From Gemmatimonadota bacterium (GTDB taxonomy: Bacteria > Gemmatimonadota > Gemmatimonadetes > JACCXV01 > JAHWKZ01), in the NCBI GenBank assembly GCA_039588915.1, contig JBDGYV010000004.1:2632-66631 (forward strand): a DNA stretch of 64,000 nucleotides, in the 5' to 3' direction. A program made the position numbers and the translations under genes. Each line of letters opens with the position of its first letter. Position 1 is the stretch's first letter. Shown piece by piece: positions 55,226 through 63,299 of the stretch. The notes under the pieces were generated by a model. The model saw only the letters and a list, made by a program, of their open reading frames with translations, was not told the DNA's origin and did not search any database.

Positions 55226-56497
55226 CTACGTTTGTCGGGTCGCCCCACCGGCGATATCGGGCTCGAAGATCCGGTTCATCGCCAGCGTAAACAGAACCTG
55301 CAGCTTGTTTTGCAACCCCACCAGTTTGGCCACGTAAGCGGCTCGGTAGATGAACCACGCTGGTTTGCCGGTGATCTTGAACCCCAACAGGTCGATCAAC
55401 GCGACTCCTGCACCGAGCGAGATAATCTTGCCGGCGTGGTGAGCCTGGTAGGGCTCGAGTGGTCGTCCCAGGATGTGATTCTCGATGTTGCCGGCGGCCC
55501 GGACGCCCTGGCTGATTGCGATCGGGGCGACCGGTGGGTACGGCCGGTCGCTTCGTTCGTCGACGAGCGTCGCCACATCGCCGATTGCGAAGACGTTGTC
55601 GAACCCCTCGACGCGGAGCAGTGGATCGATCACGATCGCGCCACGCTCAGTCTGTAGCCCGATCTCGGTGACCCAGCTGGCCGGCGCTGTGCCGGCCGTC
55701 CAGACTAGCGTCTCCGCGGCGATCAACACTTCACGATCGGAGTTCTTGTCTCTTGTCGTGATTGAACCAGGCGTGGCGCCCGTAATAAGGGTTTCCATCC
55801 TGACATCGATTCCGCGCTCGCGGAGCTTCGCCAACCCTTCGGCGGCGAGCTCGTCGTCCCAGCCCGGCAAGATTCGATTCCCGCCGTTGACGAGTAGGAC
55901 CCGAACCGGCGGCACGCCAGGGTAGTAGGGTTTGAGCACCTCATTGGCCAGCGTCTGGATCTCGCTGGCGACCTCGACGCCGGCCGGACCTGCCCCGGCG
56001 ACGACAAACGTCAGCCACTGCGCCCTCTCGCTCGTGTCTTTGATCTTTGTGGCCTGCTCCAGCGTCTCGATAACACGGTTCCGTATCGCGCGAGCGTCGT
56101 CGACGGTCGTTAGCGGAAGAGAGTGCCGCCTGAGATCGTCATTCCCGAAGTAGCGCGGCGCAGCACCGACGGCGATCACGAGGTAGTCATAACCGACGTC
56201 GACATCGCCAGCGTGGACGACTTGGCGCTGCAAGTCGATGTCGCGTACCTCGGCTTGGATAAAGTCGAATCCGAAGCGCTGGCCGAGCAATCGAAGCGGA
56301 TAGGTCACGTGACGATGATCGAGGGAGCCGGCGGCCACTTCGGCCAACAGCGGTGAGAAAGTGAAGTAGTTCTTCCGATCCAGGAGAGTGATCTTGGCGC
56401 CGTCGATAGCCAACTCGGAGCGACCCAAGTAGGTGGCGGCGTACACGCCGCCAAAGCCACCGCCCAGGATCACGATTCGCGGTGTTCTTCGAGTCAT
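55226..56497 (-). CDS. ndh: Type II NADH:quinone oxidoreductase (NDH-2), FAD-dependent pyridine nucleotide-disulfide oxidoreductase
   Basis: Two dinucleotide-binding motifs (IVILGGGFGG and VVAGAGPAGVE). The start was taken at ATG 56497, which overlaps the upstream gene's stop as ATGA. Confidence 0.85.
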   Translation of the reverse strand: MTRRTPRIVILGGGFGGVYAATYLGRSELAIDGAKITLLDRKNYFTFSPLLAEVAAGSLDHRHVTYPLRLLGQRFGFDFIQAEVRDIDLQRQVVHAGDVDVGYDYLVIAVGAAPRYFGNDDLRRHSLPLTTVDDARAIRNRVIETLEQATKIKDTSERAQWLTFVVAGAGPAGVEVASEIQTLANEVLKPYYPGVPPVRVLLVNGGNRILPGWDDELAAEGLAKLRERGIDVRMETLITGATPGSITTRDKNSDREVLIAAETLVWTAGTAPASWVTEIGLQTERGAIVIDPLLRVEGFDNVFAIGDVATLVDERSDRPYPPVAPIAISQGVRAAGNIENHILGRPLEPYQAHHAGKIISLGAGVALIDLLGFKITGKPAWFIYRAAYVAKLVGLQNKLQVLFTLAMNRIFEPDIAGGATRQT

Positions 56498-56967
56498 TGC
56501 CCGAACGGCATCGAACGGCTCGGCAGGAGATCCGGGTAGTAGACGATCATCGTGCCGATCAAGGTGATGATGCCGACAATTAAGATGCCGACGAGCTGGG
56601 TCGACAGGCACCAGACCATCGCCTGGCGGTCCTCCTGGAGGTACGATCGCTTACGGCCGCTCCAGTAAAGGAATAAGCCGTAGACGAGCAAGAGCGAGGT
56701 CGCGAGCACAGCTTTAAAGAACAGCCAACCGCCGACTGGACCGCTGAAACGAGCGATCGACCCGAAGAACGCGTCGCGTAGGCCGGCGATCATGGAGAGC
56801 ACAATGGTGACTACGCCGGCTTTGGTGTTTGCTCGGGCGAAACGATAGATCCGGTCCTCGAATACGCTGGTCGCCAAGCCGCGAAAGAGCCACGCGTACA
56901 TGGCGATAAACGCCATGACGAGGAACGCGATGTGGAGGTGCACAAACAGCGGGTGAAGGATTCTCAT
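56494..56967 (-). CDS. Hypothetical polytopic membrane protein translationally coupled to ndh
   Basis: Four TM helices. Its stop overlaps the ndh start. Confidence 0.5.
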   Translation of the reverse strand: MRILHPLFVHLHIAFLVMAFIAMYAWLFRGLATSVFEDRIYRFARANTKAGVVTIVLSMIAGLRDAFFGSIARFSGPVGGWLFFKAVLATSLLLVYGLFLYWSGRKRSYLQEDRQAMVWCLSTQLVGILIVGIITLIGTMIVYYPDLLPSRSMPFGQ

Positions 56968-56985
56968 TGCTCTCGGAGGTTGAAG

Positions 56986-57426
56986 ATGAGGCTCGACAAG
57001 AGTTCCAACGGCAAGCCGGCGCAGGTCATTCCTGCGCTGCTTCTCACGATAATCGCCGGGGCGTGCGGCTCGGAGCCGGCGCGTGAGAGCGCACCGGCAA
57101 GTGAGCCGGTCATGTCAGGCGAGCACAAGCTGGTAATCCGGATGACCGACAACATGCGCTTCGCCCCTGATACGCCTACGATCAGCGTCGGCGATACGGT
57201 GGTCTGGGTCAACAACGGAAGGATGGAACATACGACCACCGACGTACCGGGCAAGGCGGGGGTCAACGAGCACAACATACTGCCGTCCAACGCCGACCCG
57301 TGGGATTCGGGTGAGCTGGCTCCGGGTGCGACTTTTAGGCAGGTCTTTAAGACGCCGGGTGAATACACCTACCTGTGCACGCTTCACGAGGCCGCAGGAA
57401 TGGTTGCCCGCCTGAACGTGCGCTAG
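56986..57426 (+). CDS. Type-1 copper cupredoxin (plastocyanin/pseudoazurin-like) lipoprotein
   Basis: RBS GGAGG. Lipobox IAGAC. Copper ligands H (MEHTT) and C-x2-H-x4-M (CTLHEAAGM). Confidence 0.8.
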   Translation: MRLDKSSNGKPAQVIPALLLTIIAGACGSEPARESAPASEPVMSGEHKLVIRMTDNMRFAPDTPTISVGDTVVWVNNGRMEHTTTDVPGKAGVNEHNILPSNADPWDSGELAPGATFRQVFKTPGEYTYLCTLHEAAGMVARLNVR

Positions 57427-57483
57427 CGTTGATCGCAACGGGTGGAAGTTTGTTGAACTCCTTTACTCAGCCAGCGAGGGAAT

Positions 57484-57914
57484 GTGAGAGCGAGTCTGTG
57501 TCTTGCGGTGTGCTTGTTCTTCGGAATAGCGATGATCCCCACCGTCCAAGCCCGGGACGAGGCAGCAGGGACGATCGCGGTCAGCTACTGGAAGTGCCCG
57601 TTTGGTGATCTGGGTGAGGCGATTCAATTGCTCAACGACGATGTGCGCTCGGTCGCCCAGAGTGTGATCGACGACGGCATGTGGATGGACTGGGGGATCC
57701 TTAGCCACGCTTGGGGGACGACTGGAACCTCTTGATCTACACCGCGGCGGCCGATCGGAATGCGTTTTTCACCGGGTGGGACGAGTACATCCGTCGTCTC
57801 GGCGAAAACGACCCCGACGGTGAATTGACCGAACGGTTTTTTGCCCTTTGCCCCGAGCACAAGGACAACATCTATAGCGTCGTCTCACCTGGCGGTGGTG
57901 ACGACGGTATGTAG
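57484..57914 (+). pseudogene. Hypothetical secreted protein split into two frames at a G5 run (57713-57717)
   Basis: ORFs 57484-57735 and 57711-57914 abut in different frames. A 1-nt indel would fuse them into one ~150-aa protein. Confidence 0.3.
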
Positions 57915-58065
57915 GCGATTTCCCGACAAGCGTTTTTCCAATCAACTCGCTCGGTTGACGCAATCGAGATATACTGGCAGGAACGACGCTTGTGATTTTG
58001 GGTACAAGGACGATAGGAACGCACTGACGGGTTTTATTCAACCGACCAAGCGGGGGTCATCACAG

Positions 58066-58500
58066 ATGGGAATCCGACGACAGTTGCTGTGGGCGATCGT
58101 GCTGCTGCTCGCATTCGGGGCGGCCACGGCATACGGGCAGGAAGCAACGAAGCCTAGCGCTGAGGCGGCAAAGCCTGCAGCAGTAAGCCACGACCTGGAA
58201 GGGCGCTCCGAGTGTCTAATGTGCCATTCCGGGGCCATGGAGGGAGTACCGGCTGCGCCCGAAGACCACGCTGAGCGTGGCAACGACACATGCCTCTGGT
58301 GTCACGGACCTAGCGCTGCGATGCAGACCATAGCGGCACCGCAAATAAAGCACGAGCTAGAAGGCCGTGGGGATTGCGCCATGTGCCACACCAGCGGGAT
58401 GGAGTCGATCCTTCAGGCACCGGCGGATCACAAGGATAGGCCGAGCGGTAGCTGCACGATGTGTCATCTGCCGATGGCAAGCGACGCCTCTGGCGAGTAA
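58066..58500 (+). CDS. Tetraheme c-type cytochrome (tandem duplication of a doubled-CXXCH module)
   Basis: RBS GGGGG. Signal peptide. Four CxxCH motifs (CLMCH, CLWCH, CAMCH, CTMCH) lie in two near-identical halves, H[DE]LEGRxxCxMCH...DHxxRxxxCxxCH. Confidence 0.75.
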   Translation: MGIRRQLLWAIVLLLAFGAATAYGQEATKPSAEAAKPAAVSHDLEGRSECLMCHSGAMEGVPAAPEDHAERGNDTCLWCHGPSAAMQTIAAPQIKHELEGRGDCAMCHTSGMESILQAPADHKDRPSGSCTMCHLPMASDASGE

Positions 58501-59167
58501 GCCCCGCATTACTCGCGACCCAGCCCCGCTGGACAAGCGCTACCTGGATGACGAGATCGTCGACCAGTACGACACGAAGCGCTACCAAGGCGGGTTCAAA
58601 GCCGTCAAGAGCCGGGTCTGGATTCGTGTCGTCGAGAAGGCGCTCGAACACATCACCCCCGCGCGGTCGATCATCGACATACCCTGCGGTACTGGCTACC
58701 TGACCGACGTCGTGAGCAGCGTCTTCCCGCTGACAATCGCCGCGGATGTTTCGCCGACGATGGTCCACAAAGCGTTATCCAAGATGGACGCCGTGGGGTT
58801 GGTCGCGGACCTGCAACGACTACCACTCCAGGACAGCGCCGTCGACTGTGTGCTCAACGTGCGCTTCATGGTTCACTTCGGTCCCGAAGAGCGAACCCAG
58901 TTCTTGAGCGAAATGGCCCGCGTCAGCCGACGGTACGTGCTGGTCAACTACAATCATCGATACAACGTCAAGTATGCTCTGCGTCGAATCCGGTCAGCGT
59001 TCGGGCGGGTGGAGAGCAAGAAGGTGGCGAGGAAAGCATCGCGCCGCGAGTTGAACCGGGAAGCCAAGGCCGCCAGCCTACGCGTCGTCAAGATCTTTCG
59101 GGGCAACCCACTGCTACCCTTCATGAGCGAGCGGTGGTTGGTGCTGTTGGAAAAAGAGCGCAGCTGA
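58367..59167 (+). CDS. Class I SAM-dependent methyltransferase (start uncertain)
   Basis: SAM motif IDIPCGTGYL and a DxxxxxLQ motif II. The ATG at 58367 overlaps the cytochrome gene by 134 nt. In-frame non-canonical start candidates lie at 58508-58544. Confidence 0.65.
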   Translation: MGIAPCATPAGWSRSFRHRRITRIGRAVAARCVICRWQATPLASKPRITRDPAPLDKRYLDDEIVDQYDTKRYQGGFKAVKSRVWIRVVEKALEHITPARSIIDIPCGTGYLTDVVSSVFPLTIAADVSPTMVHKALSKMDAVGLVADLQRLPLQDSAVDCVLNVRFMVHFGPEERTQFLSEMARVSRRYVLVNYNHRYNVKYALRRIRSAFGRVESKKVARKASRRELNREAKAASLRVVKIFRGNPLLPFMSERWLVLLEKERS

Positions 59168-59190
59168 CCGCTCTCAGGCTGAGGCGTGAC

Positions 59191-60009
59191 TCAGTCCTTG
59201 CGTGCTCGGCGACGCTGCCGGGTGATTAGCGCTCGTTGCATCGACCGCCACAAGCTACGGCGTTCCTCGCCGGGCTGATCACTGATTTCTAGTGCGCCTT
59301 CGAGCAGTCGTGCCTGGTCAGAGCGAGTGAGGCCAGGAATGCTGATCCACACTTGGGCCAGGTTCACTCCGCGCTGACGCATCGTCGGCCGCCGTCCAGT
59401 AACAGACCGGTAGAGGTCTAGCAGGACGATGCCGTGGATCCCGTCCTCGGGCAGTTGACCCTGGGCTGCTAGGATGTGTGGCGCTTTGAGATCATCGTGA
59501 AAGAGACCCCGTGCATGAAGTGTACCGATCAGCCGTCCGAGTAACCGGACCGCACGTCGGCGTTCCGAACCACTGGCGTCGCGGACGATCAAGTCAGCGG
59601 ACTTCACGTCGTGGACCTCTCGCGTAGCGAGAAAACTCTCCCGCCTCAGAAAGCCGATTTGCCGCACGCCGAACAAAACCGGTGGGGAAACACCGATTCC
59701 TAGATCCTCGACCGCGTGGATCGCGAGCCATTCGCCCCGGGCTCTGGTCCGCCCGAGAGCGTCCTTCAATCGCCGTCGAAGGTCGCCAAACTGGTAGCGT
59801 TTGAGATACACCCGCTCCGGTTGGCCATCGACTTCGAAGGGGACGCGGACGACGATCTGGTTGGGGTGGGTACGAACAACTTCAACTTCCTGGTGGAGCC
59901 GGTCCAGCTCGAGCCATGGGAGCGACTCCACGACCAGGTCCTTGTAGGCAGGCAGGCATTCGAATGTGGCGCCATTGCGTGTGAACCGCACCGTCGTGTC
60001 TGAGACCAC
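59191..60009 (-). CDS. Lipopolysaccharide/Kdo kinase family protein (KdkA/InaA/WaaP-like)
   Basis: Protein-kinase-like fold with catalytic HARGLFHDDLKAPHIL and a DLY Mg-binding motif. Size and motifs fit the Kdo kinase family. Confidence 0.65.
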   Translation of the reverse strand: MVSDTTVRFTRNGATFECLPAYKDLVVESLPWLELDRLHQEVEVVRTHPNQIVVRVPFEVDGQPERVYLKRYQFGDLRRRLKDALGRTRARGEWLAIHAVEDLGIGVSPPVLFGVRQIGFLRRESFLATREVHDVKSADLIVRDASGSERRRAVRLLGRLIGTLHARGLFHDDLKAPHILAAQGQLPEDGIHGIVLLDLYRSVTGRRPTMRQRGVNLAQVWISIPGLTRSDQARLLEGALEISDQPGEERRSLWRSMQRALITRQRRRARKD

Positions 60010-60018
60010 AGCGTCCCT

Positions 60019-60762
60019 TCAGCGGCTGTTCCGGCGATCGAGAACGTCACGCCCTGGGTAGACACCGCCAAGCGCGTCGAAGGTGTCCAGGCTGACGCCG
60101 TGAGTTCTTTTCGAGCTTGCGGTTTCCGTCGTCTTTGAGCCTTCGCGCTCGTACAACCGCGTCTTGCTCATGATCGGTCGATCGCGGCGTCGTTCAGTTT
60201 CGGCGATTACCGTGTGCGGCATCGATTCGAGAAACCGGTTGATCGGCCGGCGGATCCACTTTCCACGTGAACCAGTATCGTTGTTGGGCGGGCTTTCGAT
60301 GATCACGGTGTCGCCCAGATTGAGGATCGCTCGCGCAGCCATGCGCCAACGCCACCGAAAGTGGTGGATCACATTGAGGGCGAGTACAACGTCAAAATGC
60401 TCGGTCTGACTCAAGCTTTTTAGCTCTCGGGCGCTAACCGCACGCTGTAGGAGCACCACCCGGTCGCTCTCGTTTTGCCGGCAGTTCTCTAACAGGTCGG
60501 GCTGCTTTTCGATCATTACGCAGATAGCGTCGAACTCGTGGGCGATGCGAAAGCTGAAGTAACCTTGGTTGGCACCGATGTCGAGCACCGTGAACGATCT
60601 CGGACAATTTTTGAGGACTTCGGCGACCGCCTGGTAACGCTCTTCCGAGCTCCGCGTACCGTGGCGGACGACGCGGCCTTTGAGATAGATGTCCTGGTAA
60701 ACCTTGTCTTGGTCGGGCATCCTCAATAAGCGAAACGGCGTCCGACGCTCGAGGTCGAGCAC
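60019..60762 (-). CDS. FkbM-family/class I SAM-dependent methyltransferase
   Basis: VLDIGANQGYFSF SAM-binding motif. Confidence 0.65.
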   Translation of the reverse strand: MLDLERRTPFRLLRMPDQDKVYQDIYLKGRVVRHGTRSSEERYQAVAEVLKNCPRSFTVLDIGANQGYFSFRIAHEFDAICVMIEKQPDLLENCRQNESDRVVLLQRAVSARELKSLSQTEHFDVVLALNVIHHFRWRWRMAARAILNLGDTVIIESPPNNDTGSRGKWIRRPINRFLESMPHTVIAETERRRDRPIMSKTRLYEREGSKTTETASSKRTHGVSLDTFDALGGVYPGRDVLDRRNSR

Positions 60763-60797
60763 CGAACGTCACTTCGGGTCGGTTGCGGGCCGTAGAG

Positions 60798-63059
60798 CTA
60801 CGAGATCGGCTTCTCGGGAAGCTCGACCGTAAACGTCCACAGTCCAGAGTTGTAGTCGGTCGCATAGAGCGTGTCGCCGACCGGCGACCACTCGTCCCCG
60901 AACATCGGGAACACACCCCACACGCTGGGAGCGAACGGTAGTTTGGCGTCCTCAGGCCCGGCCGACGGTAAAAAGTAGGCGATCTCACGACCCTGAGCGT
61001 AGAGGTCGCCACGCAACTCGCCACTGACGTCGACAACCCGGATTCCACCCTGGTAATAGCCGATGTACAAGACGTCATCGTTGACCCAGAAGTTGTGCGC
61101 ACCCGCTTCGGGAACCTCGTACTTGGCGACGTACTTCGGCCTGGTCGGGTCGCTAACGTCTACGACGTGCACCGGTCCACGTGGATCGTTCCCCGACCCC
61201 GGGATGCTAGGGGTCGTGCCCGCGAGGCTGAAGTCCTCATCGCCCACGAACACGTAGTTGCGATGCCGGATCGCCGAGTGGGTCGGACCACCCGGATAAA
61301 AGATTCGGCTCACCTGCGTCGGTGCCTCAGGGGTTCCGCCACGACCGCCACCGCCGACGTCGAGGATCACAAGCCCGTCGTTCATGTACGACACGTACGC
61401 CATACCATCCTGCACCCAAATGTCGTGCAATGAGCGACCGACGACGGGGAGGCCCCACCGACCGACTTCGCGCGGACGGGTAGGATCCGAGAGATCGATG
61501 ATGTGCAGATCGTTGGTGCCGTCGTTGACCGCGTAGACGAGATGCCCGATCCAGAACACGTTGTGCACTCCGGCCGTCAGGGTCTCGGTGTACTCGCTCA
61601 CCAACTCCGGCTGAGCTGGATCCTCGAGTGAGAACACCAGGATCCCGTTGCGTCGGTTGGCTGCCCCTTCACGCGTGGCGACCAGCCACTGGCCGTCTTC
61701 AGACACCTTGACGTCGTTTATGACGCGCGCATCAAACTCCTGCTCGTTCGTCAACACGGGGTTGGCTGGGTCCGAGACGTCGAATGTGAGCAGACGATTG
61801 GCCTGGTGCGTGCCCACGTACACGTACGAGTTTTGTGGCCACAGATCGGAGGTGTACGTTTCAACGTTCTTGCCGTGTCCGTTCATGTGGATACGGCCGG
61901 ATATCCCCCTGGCAATGGCTTCGATTGACGCGGTCGCGACCCGGTCGCCCAATACTGCCACCACCGTGTACCGGCCTGGATGTTCGGCGACGAACGAACC
62001 GTCCGGGTACACCTGAGCGCCGGCCTGGGCTACTGACCAAACCGGGCGGGCGTGATCTTCGTCCATCGCGAGTTGGACGACGTCGCCGGTACGGATCGCG
62101 CCGCTTGGCACGTCTTCGATCGACAACGGATCCCCGGACTCGGCCACCACCGAGATCGTGTACTCGGTCCTCGTGTCGTCAGCTTTGACAGTGATGGTGG
62201 CTTGACCCGGTGATTGCGCGACGAGCGTGTGAGCGTCGACTCCGATCACATCAGAAGCGCTGGATGTGATTTCGACATCGGGATCCAGCACCCAGCGATG
62301 GATCGAGTTCAGCGCGTCGATCTCGAGCGGCACCCGACTGCCGGTCACAAGTCGCGACGGCACGTTGGTGTAGACGCTGATCGACTCGATCTTCGGACTC
62401 GAGATCGCGACTGCGGCCGTGCCAATGGCATTGTTGACCACTGCAACGACCACTCTGTCTCCCGCGTTCACGCCGACGAAGTCTCCCGATTGGTTGATCG
62501 TCCCGCCCAACGAGAACCATTCGACATCGCTATCCGCGATCTCAACACCCGCCTCGTCGTAGGCGCGAGCTACAAACCGCTGTGTTTGTTCCGAGTCGAG
62601 GGTGATGTTGCTTGGTACGACCTCGACCCGCGAGATGCCGGGTGCGGCACGGAACATGTCAAAGCTCGGCTCGAGTTGTGTGTCTTGACCGACCGGTACA
62701 AGCGCAATCGGTATCACGAAGCGGTTATCTTCGCCGAGGCTGAACCAGAGGCCAACGAACGCATCGCCATCGCGCGTACCAACGAAACGGCCGGGACCGA
62801 ACGGCGTATCGAACTCCATCTGCGCCCGATCGTCAGTCACCTGGCTGTCCGTGACCTGCACGAACGTTCCTGGACTTTCGGGCGTCACGATCTTGTCGGC
62901 GTCGATCTTGAACGGCATCGGCGGTGCGTTTATCCCCTGACCGACCAGCTGATAAGGGGTGTAGCCTGCAGGGATCGTCGGTGCATCTTGGGCCATGGCT
63001 TGACTCGTGATTGTCGACCCGGCAGTTACCGCTATCAGGGCGAGTGTATAACGGAGCAT
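60798..63059 (-). CDS. Secreted LVIVD-repeat beta-propeller protein with N-terminal Big_2-like Ig domains
   Basis: Signal peptide. Ig-like domains. Repeated LVIVD-type strands (GLVILDVGG, GIRVVDVSG, LHIIDLSDPTRP, VHVVDVSDPTRP, LLTFDVSDPANP). Confidence 0.6.
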   Translation of the reverse strand: MLRYTLALIAVTAGSTITSQAMAQDAPTIPAGYTPYQLVGQGINAPPMPFKIDADKIVTPESPGTFVQVTDSQVTDDRAQMEFDTPFGPGRFVGTRDGDAFVGLWFSLGEDNRFVIPIALVPVGQDTQLEPSFDMFRAAPGISRVEVVPSNITLDSEQTQRFVARAYDEAGVEIADSDVEWFSLGGTINQSGDFVGVNAGDRVVVAVVNNAIGTAAVAISSPKIESISVYTNVPSRLVTGSRVPLEIDALNSIHRWVLDPDVEITSSASDVIGVDAHTLVAQSPGQATITVKADDTRTEYTISVVAESGDPLSIEDVPSGAIRTGDVVQLAMDEDHARPVWSVAQAGAQVYPDGSFVAEHPGRYTVVAVLGDRVATASIEAIARGISGRIHMNGHGKNVETYTSDLWPQNSYVYVGTHQANRLLTFDVSDPANPVLTNEQEFDARVINDVKVSEDGQWLVATREGAANRRNGILVFSLEDPAQPELVSEYTETLTAGVHNVFWIGHLVYAVNDGTNDLHIIDLSDPTRPREVGRWGLPVVGRSLHDIWVQDGMAYVSYMNDGLVILDVGGGGRGGTPEAPTQVSRIFYPGGPTHSAIRHRNYVFVGDEDFSLAGTTPSIPGSGNDPRGPVHVVDVSDPTRPKYVAKYEVPEAGAHNFWVNDDVLYIGYYQGGIRVVDVSGELRGDLYAQGREIAYFLPSAGPEDAKLPFAPSVWGVFPMFGDEWSPVGDTLYATDYNSGLWTFTVELPEKPIS

Positions 63060-63299
63060 CTTTCACCTCGGAGAAGATTACAATTGCGGCGGTCGGTTTG
63101 ACGGGAGCGGTTGTTCTGATAGAGAGAGTGGCCTCGGCTCGATCGCGTTCAACTTGTACTGGCCAGGCTCACCGGCAGCCCACAAGCTATCCGATCCTCG
63201 CATGTACGTCGAGGTGTGGCGCTAGCGGGTGTGGAGTCCGATTGTGATAGGGTGCTGAGCTTTCGAGCGAGCCGATCCCCGCGCCTTCTTCAATGGGTT

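Noticed and set aside
57953-57979. TTGACG ... TATACT hexamers upstream of the cytochrome c gene, resembling a sigma70 promoter.
   Set aside because: The spacer is only 9 nt, incompatible with a functional -35/-10 pair, so no promoter was called.
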